DNA of 64,000 bases from an uncultured Planctomycetales bacterium (GTDB lineage: Bacteria > Omnitrophota > Gorgyraeia > Zapsychrales > Fredricksoniimonadaceae), in contig CAZACW010000003.1 of NCBI GenBank assembly GCA_964483785.1, forward strand, positions 20,559 through 84,558, written 5' to 3'. Positions within the stretch are counted from its first letter, which is position 1. Each line of letters opens with the position of its first letter. The translations under genes were made by a program, and so were the position numbers. The notes beneath the pieces are model-generated. The model was not told the DNA's origin. It worked only from the letters and a program-made list of their open reading frames with translations, and searched no databases. Positions 52,508 through 62,837 of the stretch are shown here, in pieces.

Positions 52508-53889
52508 AGATCGTAATAGCGGACTTTTTTCTTAGGTCTGGCGGCAAAGGTCCTGGGTTTAAGCACCGCCTTGGCCGCTTGCGGGGCTTCTTCAACCGTC
52601 TGCGGCTTGGGCAGCCTGGTCATGGCATTCAACCTGCAGACCAAGGCCCCGAAAATCCAAAGATAGGCATTGGGTTCCATGTAGGACCAGCGGTCGCCGA
52701 AAAAATTATTGAAGGCCAAGATCACGATGCATATGCAAAGGCCTAAGCCCAGGGCCTTTTCCAACTCATCTTCCCCTTTTTGATACAGATAAAATCCTTC
52801 CCGGATAAAACAGAAAAGTGCTAGGACCAGGATCAAAAGGCCCACCAGGCCCTGTTCCGTCAGGATCTTGACATAGATATTGTGCGTATCCCCAAGGTCA
52901 AGGCCCAGGTAGCGGAAGGCGCCGTACCCGATGCCGACGACGGGGTTCTTTTGAAACAAGGCCATGGCCTGCTGCCAGATATTGATCCTGCGCTGGGAAG
53001 ATTCATCGAGCTGGCCGCTTTCGTTTTTAGTACCCTTGATGCGCTCCACCGCTTTTTCCGGCAATACGGCCTGCCACAAAGCCACGACCAAGATCAAGGG
53101 AATGAGCAATTTTTTGTTTTTGAGCAAAAATAAGATCATCATGCCGATGGCCATGCCGCCGTACGCCCCCCGGGAATAGGTAAAAACAATCGAATAAAAA
53201 TTCCAATAGATCAGGATGGTCAAGAGGATCTTGATCCTGCCTTTTTTAAGGGCGAATAAAAGGCTGAGCAATATGATGGTGTATTCATTGAAAAAGGCGG
53301 CCACCTCATTGGGCCCTAAAAACTGGAACGTGGCGGAGATTTTGCTGCGGGATTCCAGCGACGAGTACCAAAGCACCTGGTTAAAGGTGTAGTAATCCAT
53401 GATGCACATGGCAACACACATGGCGGCCACAATCTCCCAGATTTCTTTTTTGGTGTGCACACTGTTAAGGATGATGAAGTACAAAAGCGGCAGAACGCAG
53501 AAATTTTTCCAGTCCTGGACCCGTGAATCATGGATATCAAAGACGAATTGGCCGAAGATATAAAACCCGCCGATAATCAGGGAAATAAAGAGATAAAAGA
53601 CGAGCATCACCGAGATGCCGTTTAAGGATGAGGACTCGAAGAGTTTGCGGCCCTTGGTGCCGGATTTGGAAAACCAGCCGACGATGAGCGAAACAAGCAG
53701 AATGTCGATGAATTGGGTCCCGCCGGGGAAATCCTGCACCTTTTCCAGGATATTGCGCAGGGGCATCATGAAGGTGATGAGCAGGATGGCCCAGCGGCTG
53801 TTGCCGCCCAGCGCGGACAAGGCGCAAAACAGCCCGAAAAGATAGATCGTCAACGGCAGGAAATTTTTTAAGAGGATTCCAAGATGCAT
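52504..53889 (-). CDS. O-antigen ligase/Wzy-C family membrane protein
   Basis: Multi-TM, GPNE, TYSRGA, R..IW..A...P..GIG, THN.Y...L.EQG. Confidence 0.87.
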   Translation of the reverse strand: MHLGILLKNFLPLTIYLFGLFCALSALGGNSRWAILLITFMMPLRNILEKVQDFPGGTQFIDILLVSLIVGWFSKSGTKGRKLFESSSLNGISVMLVFYLFISLIIGGFYIFGQFVFDIHDSRVQDWKNFCVLPLLYFIILNSVHTKKEIWEIVAAMCVAMCIMDYYTFNQVLWYSSLESRSKISATFQFLGPNEVAAFFNEYTIILLSLLFALKKGRIKILLTILIYWNFYSIVFTYSRGAYGGMAIGMMILFLLKNKKLLIPLILVVALWQAVLPEKAVERIKGTKNESGQLDESSQRRINIWQQAMALFQKNPVVGIGYGAFRYLGLDLGDTHNIYVKILTEQGLVGLLILVLALFCFIREGFYLYQKGEDELEKALGLGLCICIVILAFNNFFGDRWSYMEPNAYLWIFGALVCRLNAMTRLPKPQTVEEAPQAAKAVLKPRTFAARPKKKVRYYDL

Positions 53890-53894
53890 ATCAG

Positions 53895-54413
53895 TTATTC
53901 ATTGAGGGTTTTGGCAGGAATGCCCACGGCCGTGGCCCCCGCGGGGACATCGTTTAAGACCACGGCATTGGCACCGATCTTGGCCCTGTCTCCGATCTTG
54001 ACGGCTCCCAGGATCTTGGCGCCGACGCCGATATACACATCGTTGCCTATTTCCGGCGCGCCCTTGCTGCCGTTGCCCCTGGTGCCGATGACGACCCCGG
54101 GACCTATGGAACAATGCTCCCCCATCTTGACATCGCTGTGCAGGATGATGCCGCCAAAATGCCCGACGTAAAATCCCTTGCCGATCTGGGCGCTGGCAGG
54201 CAGGGAAATGCCTGTCATCACCTCGGTCATTTTAAACAACAGGAAGGCGAGCAGTCTCAAAACCCAGGAAAGCAGCGGAATCTGGAAACTTCTGGCCCAT
54301 CGCCCCAATCTATAGACCGCGATGGCCCAAAGCCCTTGCTCAAAAATAAGGTAAAACGCGTGGCTTTCCAGGCCCCGGTATCTTTGGATATCTTCTTTAA
54401 AATGATTGAACAT
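53895..54413 (-). CDS. Serine-acetyltransferase-like (WcaB-type) acetyltransferase
   Basis: YRLG, IGKGFYVGH, hexapeptide repeats, GANAVV..DVP. Confidence 0.85.
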   Translation of the reverse strand: MFNHFKEDIQRYRGLESHAFYLIFEQGLWAIAVYRLGRWARSFQIPLLSWVLRLLAFLLFKMTEVMTGISLPASAQIGKGFYVGHFGGIILHSDVKMGEHCSIGPGVVIGTRGNGSKGAPEIGNDVYIGVGAKILGAVKIGDRAKIGANAVVLNDVPAGATAVGIPAKTLNE

Positions 54414-54425
54414 AAGCCGGTTATT

Positions 54426-55535
54426 TTAAGCCAAAGCGTAGACCTTTTGCATGGCTTGGGCAAAATTGTCCCAACTGAAGCGTTTGGCCTGGCCAAACCC
54501 TTTTTGGACCAGGTCCTGCCTTAACTGGTTATTTTGACATATTTCATTGATGGCGGCGGATATTTCTTGAATATTATTAGGATCGACCAGGACCGCCGCG
54601 TCCCCTGCCACTTCCGGGCAGGACGAGCCATTGGAAGTGATCACCGCCGCGCCGCATTGCATGGCTTCCAAAATCGGCAGGCCAAAGCCTTCATAGAGCG
54701 AAGGAAAAACAAAGGCATGGCAGCAGGAAAACAAGGCCACCACATCCTCATCCGTCAAATGGCTTAGGATTTTGACCTGCGGCTCCACCCCCCATTGCCG
54801 GGCCCTCTGCCGGTATTTGTCCGTGTCCATATTACTGCCTAAGACCAGGGTAAAATTTGTTTTGGCCTTGCTGGCGGCAAAGGCACGGATGATGCCGTCG
54901 ATATTTTTGCGCGGCACCGAGCCTACGGAAAACAAAAAAGGCTGATGCAGATCATATTTCGATTTTACCGCTTCCTGGGCCTTGGCCTCGGCCGGCTTGA
55001 AGCGCTCGTCCGCGCCCAAATGAATGACCTTGATCTTCTCTTCCTTAATGGCAAAATGCCTTAAAATGTCCTGCTTGGTGCATTCCGAGACCACCACACA
55101 GGCATCCAGGCTGTTGACGGTTTTTTGATAATTCCCTATGTTCTGCGCCCAAAATCCGTCCTTGATGGTCAGGGTCCTAAGATCATGGATGGTCAAAACT
55201 TTAAATATTTGGCTGGCCTGCGGCATGGTGTACCCCGCGGGGCGGTGAAAGACCCTGATTTTATGCGCTTTAAAAAATTGGGGCAGAAGAAAAGCATCAA
55301 TGAGCTGTTGGCGCATCCAAAAATCCCTGTCAGCCACGCGCAGGACATGTTTTTGAAAACGCTCTCCCTCAGGCCCGGGCATGTCCTGGGGGCTTCGCCG
55401 GAGCGAATAATAAGCCAGGTCAAAATGATTGACCTTGTCGTTTTTAAAAAGCCCGTTGACCAAACCTTCGGTATAGGTCATAAGGCCTGAACGGCGCGGA
55501 TGATTAAGGACAAAGGATTCAATGCAGATATTCAT
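54426..55535 (-). CDS. GT4 glycosyltransferase
   Basis: TIHDL, PRKN, PSLYEGFGLPILEAM. Confidence 0.92.
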   Translation of the reverse strand: MNICIESFVLNHPRRSGLMTYTEGLVNGLFKNDKVNHFDLAYYSLRRSPQDMPGPEGERFQKHVLRVADRDFWMRQQLIDAFLLPQFFKAHKIRVFHRPAGYTMPQASQIFKVLTIHDLRTLTIKDGFWAQNIGNYQKTVNSLDACVVVSECTKQDILRHFAIKEEKIKVIHLGADERFKPAEAKAQEAVKSKYDLHQPFLFSVGSVPRKNIDGIIRAFAASKAKTNFTLVLGSNMDTDKYRQRARQWGVEPQVKILSHLTDEDVVALFSCCHAFVFPSLYEGFGLPILEAMQCGAAVITSNGSSCPEVAGDAAVLVDPNNIQEISAAINEICQNNQLRQDLVQKGFGQAKRFSWDNFAQAMQKVYALA

Positions 55536-55537
55536 AT

Positions 55538-56461
55538 TCAGGATTTTACCAGGGACAATAACAAAAGTCCGTAGGGTTTCATTAAGGTGATGATTTTGCG
55601 GCCCGCATGATCTGACTTTTTAAAGAAATACGAGCCTAATAAAGGATACCTCAAAATGGCTTTCCATGCATGTTGGAAGGCGTTTGGATAAGACCCTTGA
55701 TCATAGAAGGCCTTGGCCAGCAGGTACTGGTTTTCCGTAATGCGGCGCAGCATTAATTTTGGGGGCGCTTGAGGATAATTGGCCTGGATTTTGGTAAAAA
55801 TTTTAACCAAGCCCTCATACACCTTGACCATGTTTTGGGTGATCTGCTGGCCGTGGCGTCGGTAATAGGCCAGGACCTTGTGTTCGATTTCATAAAGATC
55901 ATAATGTTCCGCGATACGGATCCACATATCAATGTCTTCCATGGATTCAAGCTGGGTGTCAAATAACCCGGCTTGATCAAAACAGGCTTTTCTGGCTAAG
56001 ACCGTGGAGGTCGGGATATCGCCCCAAAGCTCCAGAAGCTCTTTCAAATTTTTTCCGGAAACACCGGCTGGCTTCATGCCGATGGTTTCGCCTTTCTCAT
56101 TGATAATGGGCATACGGCCATAAACAATGCCGACCCGGGGGTTTTGGTCAAGGACCTTGACCTGCTCCTGCAGTTTCTCCGGCGTCCAAAAATCATCGGA
56201 GTCCAAAAAAGCAATATAGCTCCCCTGGGCCTGCCTGATCCCCTGGTTGCGGGTCTGGGCAATGCCCTGATTGGCCTGGCATATGGTGTTGATCCTGCCG
56301 TCGAATTTTTTCCGGATTTCCTGGGTATTGTCCGTGGAGCCGTCATCAATCACGATGATTTCATAATCCTTGAAGGTCTGGGCCAGGACGCTGTCAATGG
56401 CCTGGCTGATCAAGGAAGCGCGGTTATAGGTGGGGATGATAACGCTGACCCTGGGCGCCAT
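55538..56461 (-). CDS. GT2 glycosyltransferase
   Basis: VIIPTYNR, DDGSTD, FLDSDD, ED.D.W. Confidence 0.92.
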   Translation of the reverse strand: MAPRVSVIIPTYNRASLISQAIDSVLAQTFKDYEIIVIDDGSTDNTQEIRKKFDGRINTICQANQGIAQTRNQGIRQAQGSYIAFLDSDDFWTPEKLQEQVKVLDQNPRVGIVYGRMPIINEKGETIGMKPAGVSGKNLKELLELWGDIPTSTVLARKACFDQAGLFDTQLESMEDIDMWIRIAEHYDLYEIEHKVLAYYRRHGQQITQNMVKVYEGLVKIFTKIQANYPQAPPKLMLRRITENQYLLAKAFYDQGSYPNAFQHAWKAILRYPLLGSYFFKKSDHAGRKIITLMKPYGLLLLSLVKS

Positions 56462-57381
56462 TAGATTTGACCTGCCTTTCCCATCCTGCGGTATTCCTGG
56501 ATCATGCCCCAGGTGCGGAAAAAACGGCGGCAGGCATCATACCGGCCCAAGGCGTCAAATGATCCCGGCACAAAACGCAGGGCATTCTTCACAAGCTCTT
56601 TCCAAAGGTATCTGGGTACTGCCCCCCACAAAGGAAGGCCTTGGGCCCCTTCTTCCTTTTCTCTGAGGGCCGCGTATCCTCCCAAGGCCGTGTTCCAGCG
56701 CGCCGCGTGTTTTAAGGTCAGGCGGTTTAAATACACCGGATGTTGGACCAAGGCCGTGCCGCAATAAAAAAGTTTTTTCTGCTGTTTCATGAAGCGCTCG
56801 ACAATTTCCGTATCCTCGCCGATGTGGATGCGGTTGTTAAAAATCAAATCTTCGCGAAACAAGCCGCAGCTTTCAAAGAGCTCTTTGCGGAAAGCGAAAT
56901 TGGCGCTGATAAAACGAAAATAGGACAAATCATAGACAAAGGTTTTAAGGCCCTCATCATAAATCACCACCCCGCCGGAAATTTTTTTGGGATTGGTTTT
57001 GGCCCACGGCGGCGTGCCTTCCGGAAAGATGGGCAGGACCCTGCCGCCCACCCCGTCGCATTGGTTCTGCCCGAAACAGGCATCGATCTCCTGCAGCCAT
57101 CGGGGATCTGCAATAATATCATCGTCGGTAAAAGCCAGATACGCGCCCTTGGCCTGGCGGATGCCGTAATTACGCGCCGCGGCAGCGCCTTGATTGTCCT
57201 GGTAATAATAACGGATCCGATTTTCAAAAGGCTTTAATACAGTCCTGGTACCGTCGCTGGATCCATCATCAACAACAATGATTTCAAAGTCCTTGAAGCT
57301 TTGGGCCAAAAGGCTTTGAATGGCTTTGCCGATCCAGGAGGCGCGGTTATAGGTGGGGATGATGACACTGAATTTAGGCAT
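56461..57381 (-). CDS. GT2 glycosyltransferase
   Basis: VIIPTYNR, DDGSSD, FTDDD, GED. Confidence 0.92.
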   Translation of the reverse strand: MPKFSVIIPTYNRASWIGKAIQSLLAQSFKDFEIIVVDDGSSDGTRTVLKPFENRIRYYYQDNQGAAAARNYGIRQAKGAYLAFTDDDIIADPRWLQEIDACFGQNQCDGVGGRVLPIFPEGTPPWAKTNPKKISGGVVIYDEGLKTFVYDLSYFRFISANFAFRKELFESCGLFREDLIFNNRIHIGEDTEIVERFMKQQKKLFYCGTALVQHPVYLNRLTLKHAARWNTALGGYAALREKEEGAQGLPLWGAVPRYLWKELVKNALRFVPGSFDALGRYDACRRFFRTWGMIQEYRRMGKAGQI

Positions 57382-58312
57382 GCTGGTCCCTGTATACTTT
57401 GCGGATTTGCATGGCCTTGCCCCAATTCCTGTTTAATTCAATCCAGGCCATCAGGAATTCCCGCCGATTAAACAGATGCGCCAGCAAGCGTTTGATGTTG
57501 CGCAGAAAGACCGGAAACATATACCTTGGGACCCCCAGCCAATAAACCCAGGCAGGGTTGGCATGATTATGCTCATCCACCATGAACCGGTATTTGCCAA
57601 GCCCCGAGTTCCAGGCGCCAATATAGGAGAGGCTCATGCGGTTTTTTTCCACGGGATGCCAAACCACGGCCCTGCCGCAATAATAGAGTTTTTTGCCGGC
57701 TTTAAAAAATCGGTTGACGATTTCCGTATCATCGCCGAAACTGCCAGTGCCTGGGCCGATGGTCTCGGAAAAAAGGCCGTATTCCTTAAACAGCTCTTTT
57801 TTAAAGGCGAAATTCGAGCCCAAAAATTCAAACATAGGTTTTTCGTACGGCTTATGGTCCTGGCCGTAATCATACATGACGATAGGGCCTGATAAGATAT
57901 CGGCATTGGCCTTGACCCAGGACGGTGTTTCTTCAGGGTACTGCGGCAGCACCCGTCCGCCCACCCCGTCGCAGGCAAAGCGGGTAAAACAATCCGCGAT
58001 GTTCTGCAGCCAAAATTTGTCTGCGATAATATCATCATCCGTAAAAATCAGATGCCTGCCCACGGCCTGCTCAATGCCCAGATTCAGGGCCTTGCATTTG
58101 CCTGGATCAGGCTCAAAGCCATACCTTAAAGGGACAGGAGTTTGGGAGGCCAGTGATTTGATCATGTCCTTGGTATCATCCGTGGAATGATTGTCAACGA
58201 CCAGGATTTCCCAGGAAAATTTTCCGGTTGTGTTTTGGGCCCAGAGGCTTTCCAAACAGGCCTTCAGCTGTCGGCTGCGGTTGCGGGTCGCTATGATGAT
58301 GCTGAAATCCAT
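57374..58312 (-). CDS. GT2 glycosyltransferase
   Basis: IIATRNR, VDNHSTD, FTDDD, GDD. Shares CDGVGGRVLP with the previous gene. Start set at MDFSII. Confidence 0.9.
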   Translation of the reverse strand: MDFSIIIATRNRSRQLKACLESLWAQNTTGKFSWEILVVDNHSTDDTKDMIKSLASQTPVPLRYGFEPDPGKCKALNLGIEQAVGRHLIFTDDDIIADKFWLQNIADCFTRFACDGVGGRVLPQYPEETPSWVKANADILSGPIVMYDYGQDHKPYEKPMFEFLGSNFAFKKELFKEYGLFSETIGPGTGSFGDDTEIVNRFFKAGKKLYYCGRAVVWHPVEKNRMSLSYIGAWNSGLGKYRFMVDEHNHANPAWVYWLGVPRYMFPVFLRNIKRLLAHLFNRREFLMAWIELNRNWGKAMQIRKVYRDQHA

Positions 58313-58320
58313 ATCCTGTC

Positions 58321-58914
58321 CTAACTTTTCCATTGAATACCGTTTTTAATCACCCTGGCCGGCACACCGGCTGCGAGGCTGTGAGGCGGGACACTCTTGG
58401 TCACCACAGACCCGGCGGCAATCACCGAGCCCTCCCCGATCGCCACTCCTTTTAAAATAATGGCCCGCATGCCGATCCAGACATTGTCCTCGATGACAAT
58501 GGGTTTGCTTAATTCATAGCCTTCATAGCCCATGTGATGGGCGTCCGCATCATTGAGGACCACCTCGCTCGATATGTAGACATTGCGGCCGATGGTGATT
58601 TTATTATTGCAGAACATTTTGGAATCAGTCCAGATATATCCGCTGCCTAATTCCACAATCCCGCCCTTGTTAAGGGTGATCACATTCCCGGCATAGACCG
58701 TAAAATGGCCCCGGACAATGACCTTGCTCTCGCCGAATATGTTGATCTGGGTCGGCTGATGGGTGGGGTAATTGCGGTCTTTATTGCCCAGTTCAAGTTT
58801 TGCGCCCCGATGAATGATCAGGGATTTGCGCAGGCCGTTGATTTTGGCCGGCGGGCAAATGGTCAAGCCCGGCATGGTGATGATCTTGTCCTTAATTTTC
58901 TTCAATAAGGTCAT
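58321..58914 (-). CDS. Hexapeptide-repeat acyltransferase
   Basis: D.D.H, IEDNVWIG, AAGSVVTK, GVPARV. Confidence 0.88.
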   Translation of the reverse strand: MTLLKKIKDKIITMPGLTICPPAKINGLRKSLIIHRGAKLELGNKDRNYPTHQPTQINIFGESKVIVRGHFTVYAGNVITLNKGGIVELGSGYIWTDSKMFCNNKITIGRNVYISSEVVLNDADAHHMGYEGYELSKPIVIEDNVWIGMRAIILKGVAIGEGSVIAAGSVVTKSVPPHSLAAGVPARVIKNGIQWKS

Positions 58915-60242
58915 GGCTGGGGCCCTGCGGTGCCGTCTTTTTTAAATTCATTGATCCATGTCTTGATTTCAGCTAATTCTTCGGGATATTGCTTGATATA
59001 TCGCTGATGGTCCAAATGCATCCGGGCGATATTGGCTTCCACATTGTCCTTGGTTAAGAGCATGCCGAAATCCTTAGGGCATGGATGTTGAGGATCATCG
59101 GTTTCGAACAACCGGTTTAAGATCATGTCTCCGATCTGTTCCTTGAAATGCGAGGTATCCCAATAATTGGCCATTTCTTCATGGCTGCCTTCCGGGGGCA
59201 ATGGTTCTGTAGTGACGGAGGAATATCCGTAAAAATCATAAAGGGGAATGGGTTTTTGATCAGGGTGCCGGCTTGCCTCCAGGGCCAGGATCTTGACCAA
59301 GCGCCGTTTTTCGTTATCTATGGGACCCAGCCCCCCTTCCACCTTGATGGCAATTTCAAGCAGGCGGGCATGGGATGGTGTGGTGAAAATCTTCAAGGCG
59401 ATGTGATGATAGCGGCAATACTCAATGATTTTATAAAGATAATCAAAAGAACTCAGCGGGTCTTGCTCGACCGCCACCACGTCATGATAGGGCTTGATCT
59501 CCTTGACCGGAGGAGCTTCTTCGATCAGCAAATTTTTGATCAGGGCATGGTCCAGCCTGTCCATGTATTCTTCCGGGCCTAATTTTTCAAAGTCCCAACT
59601 TTTTCTCCGGTAAAATTTGTCCCCGATCCTTTGCCCGTCAGCGGCGATCCAAGATGCCGCGGCGGATTTTTGCTTTAAGACGGTGTTCCAGCTGGATTTG
59701 AGGGCATCCATGCTCGTTAATATCTTGATATCGGCCAAGGCCAGCTTGACCTTAGACCATAAAGAAGCGTCGGACATTAAAATGTCCGGGTCAAAATCGA
59801 TTTCAGGCTTATCCGGCTTGTCGAGCCTCGGATAAAGGTCCAGGCCCAAAAGGACCAATTTCTGCGGACGCACATTACCGGCATGGATCAGGTAACGGTA
59901 CATTTCTTCGACCGAGGCGCTGTCTATGCCGAGATTGTAGCGATGCCCGGCATTGCGGCCCCAAGCCGGATGATTTGTCCGCAAGCCGAAATAACAACGG
60001 GAGCTGCCTAAAAGGACCGAATCGGGTTTAAGCCTTCGGATATCATAGGCCTTTAAAAGACGTCCGCGCTCATAGGTCGAAGGTTTTTTGGCATTGAAAT
60101 TTTTAATGGTCAAAAGGTCAAACATGCCGAAAGGATCAACCAATAGATTCCAAAGCGCCGCAGTTCCCATGAGAAGAACAACGGTCAGGACCATGGCCCA
60201 CAGATATTGGGAAGATGTTGTCTGGGATTTAAATTTTGACAT
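58911..60242 (-). CDS. SGNH-like periplasmic partner of MBOAT O-acyltransferase
   Basis: N-terminal TM + VDPFG, LGSSR, C-terminal WDTSH (DxxH). Start set at MSKFKS. Confidence 0.65.
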   Translation of the reverse strand: MSKFKSQTTSSQYLWAMVLTVVLLMGTAALWNLLVDPFGMFDLLTIKNFNAKKPSTYERGRLLKAYDIRRLKPDSVLLGSSRCYFGLRTNHPAWGRNAGHRYNLGIDSASVEEMYRYLIHAGNVRPQKLVLLGLDLYPRLDKPDKPEIDFDPDILMSDASLWSKVKLALADIKILTSMDALKSSWNTVLKQKSAAASWIAADGQRIGDKFYRRKSWDFEKLGPEEYMDRLDHALIKNLLIEEAPPVKEIKPYHDVVAVEQDPLSSFDYLYKIIEYCRYHHIALKIFTTPSHARLLEIAIKVEGGLGPIDNEKRRLVKILALEASRHPDQKPIPLYDFYGYSSVTTEPLPPEGSHEEMANYWDTSHFKEQIGDMILNRLFETDDPQHPCPKDFGMLLTKDNVEANIARMHLDHQRYIKQYPEELAEIKTWINEFKKDGTAGPQP

Positions 60243-62118
60243 AGGCCGATAAAATGAAATCTTCCTTGCTTTTGGCAAACCAAAATTGATTGAATTGGGC
60301 CCCCTGCATGGAGATAATCCTGGGAGGGTTTTCCTCAATGGCCAGCAAGGCGCAGGGAGTAAAATGACCCAATGGATATTTCAATCCGGAGGAAATATTA
60401 CTGACTTGAACATGCTCGATCCTTAAATCCGCATCAGGATGTGCCTCCCGTAACAAGAGCCAGACGGGATATTCCCAGGAATCCACACCCATGATAAGAC
60501 CAATAAAGCGGCAATGGGTTGATTTGATCTTTTGGGCCGCCTGCTCGAAATAAGGCTGTTTTTCCGGGCTGATGGCAAAGTATTGCGGGATGATGGGGCT
60601 GGTCAAAATATTCCGGCGGCCCGGGGTCCACGGATGGTAATGATTGCTAAACAGCCAGGGCATGGAACAGACAAAGAAAATCAGGCTTGCCCACACCATG
60701 GCCCGGGGGACCAGCCGCTCCATAAAAACCGCGCAGGGCGCGCAAAACATCAAAAACAGCCAGAGATGAAAGCGGCTGATCCACGGCTGCCAGCGGATGA
60801 TCCAGCAAAACAGGATAAAGGACGCCAGCAGGGACAACAGGTAGGGCCAAAGCCCCCCGCTTTTTTGGGGCAAAACGAGCATCACGGCCAAGATCAGCGC
60901 GAAGAAAATAAAATGCATGAAATTACCGGCCCTGTCTTCGTCCGTATTCATGGCTGCGACGGAAAATTGACGGTTTAAAAAGGTGATGTCACGGTCATTG
61001 CCTGAAGCGCCTAAGGCATGTTCCGCAGAAAGAATAATTGTTTCGAACATATGATTAAGCCGTTGGGAAGGCGTTCCTAAGTGAGGGCCGGCCGCGCGCA
61101 GAACATTGCGCAGTAAGGTATGTACATCATGGGAAGCATTGACCAGGGTCGGCGTTTGCGGCGTTAAAGAGCCGGACATCTGATGATTACGCTGAAAATA
61201 TCCGGCGCTTAAGGACAGCGCTATCAGGACCATGATAATCCCGGGCCCAATTCTTTCAGCGGAGCTTTTAAACGGCTGAAACAAATAATTTAAGAAAAAA
61301 GGGATGATGTAAATATAGGCATAGCCCTTGGTCAAAAACGCAAGCCCCATGCCTATCCCGGCGCCCAGAATATTCGAGGCCTTTGGCACGCTTCTGAGCC
61401 GCAAAAGAAAATAGACAGCAGATAAAAGCCAAAAACTGACTAAATAATCGGTTTGAGTACTAACGGACTGCAAAATACCCATGGGCAAGGAAACGGCCAG
61501 CAAGCAGGCAAAAAGCTGGGCCTTGCGCGAGGCAGATAATTCTTGGGCGATCAAGGATATGGCTGTCAGGGAACCGAGCATGGCCCCCCATTGCAAGGCA
61601 TTGGCCGCTGTATCCGGGGCTTTTAAAGCCAAAAGATTGGCCAGGGCATATTCACCCCAGGGCGGATATATATTTTGCCGGTCTATGGCGCAAGGATAAA
61701 AGGCAACGGTCTTGTTTTGCAGCCAATGTTCGATGCGGGCAAGATGGTACACCAAGGAGTCCCAGGAATTGGGGGCGCCAAGCAGCGCGGTGATGAGGGT
61801 GATCAAGGCGATGAATTTGATCATCAAGATCAGGATTTTTTCATCACGGGGAAACCCCTTCCAATCTAAATCATTTAAAGGAAGGAGCTGCCATCTGCCC
61901 ATGCTTCCCACGATCAAGACAGCCAGGGACCAGCAGATGGATAACGGCCAAAAGCTAAAGGCATGGAACAAGCTCAAAATTTCCGTAAACAGCAATACCG
62001 CAAGGCCGCTGCCGCAGGCGGATAAGAGCAAGGCATGCCTTAGGCCTGAGCCATTCCATTTTGTCCTGGCCAGGGCAGCCAAAAAATAGAAAAACAGTAC
62101 GGGAAGAATAGCCAGCAT
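60229..62118 (-). CDS. GT-C family multi-TM glycosyltransferase (ArnT/PMT-like)
   Basis: PNSWDSLVYHL, STQTD, LTKG, WQPW..R, DSWEYP; many TM segments. Confidence 0.72.
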   Translation of the reverse strand: MLAILPVLFFYFLAALARTKWNGSGLRHALLLSACGSGLAVLLFTEILSLFHAFSFWPLSICWSLAVLIVGSMGRWQLLPLNDLDWKGFPRDEKILILMIKFIALITLITALLGAPNSWDSLVYHLARIEHWLQNKTVAFYPCAIDRQNIYPPWGEYALANLLALKAPDTAANALQWGAMLGSLTAISLIAQELSASRKAQLFACLLAVSLPMGILQSVSTQTDYLVSFWLLSAVYFLLRLRSVPKASNILGAGIGMGLAFLTKGYAYIYIIPFFLNYLFQPFKSSAERIGPGIIMVLIALSLSAGYFQRNHQMSGSLTPQTPTLVNASHDVHTLLRNVLRAAGPHLGTPSQRLNHMFETIILSAEHALGASGNDRDITFLNRQFSVAAMNTDEDRAGNFMHFIFFALILAVMLVLPQKSGGLWPYLLSLLASFILFCWIIRWQPWISRFHLWLFLMFCAPCAVFMERLVPRAMVWASLIFFVCSMPWLFSNHYHPWTPGRRNILTSPIIPQYFAISPEKQPYFEQAAQKIKSTHCRFIGLIMGVDSWEYPVWLLLREAHPDADLRIEHVQVSNISSGLKYPLGHFTPCALLAIEENPPRIISMQGAQFNQFWFAKSKEDFILSAYVKI

Positions 62119-62125
62119 GGTCTGC

Positions 62126-62815
62126 CTATGATGTAAACCTGTATTTGATGATCGGCCAATACATTTGCAGGGCCGTGCCCCAACGGATTTTCTTGCCTTG
62201 TGCGCGGGTGCGCGCGGTATAGCCGATGGGAAGCTCCTTGATCCTAAGCCCTTTTTTCAGGAATTTGATCGTGACTTCCGTCTCAAAGGCGAAATTCTGG
62301 GCGGTGATGGTGATGCCTTCAAAGGCCTTGCGCGTGAAAATTTTGTAACAGGTATTGATGTCCGTGATCCTGACGCCCCAGAGGGCGGAAAAAGTCCAGT
62401 TGGAGACCACGTTGGCGAAGCGGTTGATCCCCTCCATGTTCTGAATATGGCCTAAAAATCGGGAACCGTAAACAACCTGATATTCCTCTTTCAAGATGGG
62501 TTCAAGCAGTTTGGGATATTCATAAGGGTCATATTCCAGGTCCGCATCCTGGATGAGCAGGATATCTCCCTGGGCCTTGCTGAAACCCGTCAAGAGGGCC
62601 GATGTTTTGCCTCCGTTGGGTTTTTCAAAGACCTTGATAAGCGGTTGGGAAGCATATTTTTTCAAAACATCCGCGGTCCTGTCCTTGGAGCCGTCATTGA
62701 CAATGATGATCTCCTTGGTCAGGCCGGAAGGCAGCTGCACGGACAAGACCCTGTCAATCAGGGAAGCCACGGATTTTTCTTCGTTGTACACAGGTATGAT
62801 AATGGAAACCAGCAT
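62126..62815 (-). CDS. Polyprenyl-phosphate glycosyltransferase (DPM1-like GT2)
   Basis: IPVYNEE, NDGSKD, IQDADLEYDP, VYGSRF, TD..TCYK, FE.E. Confidence 0.9.
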   Translation of the reverse strand: MLVSIIIPVYNEEKSVASLIDRVLSVQLPSGLTKEIIIVNDGSKDRTADVLKKYASQPLIKVFEKPNGGKTSALLTGFSKAQGDILLIQDADLEYDPYEYPKLLEPILKEEYQVVYGSRFLGHIQNMEGINRFANVVSNWTFSALWGVRITDINTCYKIFTRKAFEGITITAQNFAFETEVTIKFLKKGLRIKELPIGYTARTRAQGKKIRWGTALQMYWPIIKYRFTS

Positions 62816-62837
62816 CGAATGCTCCTTTGGTTTTTGT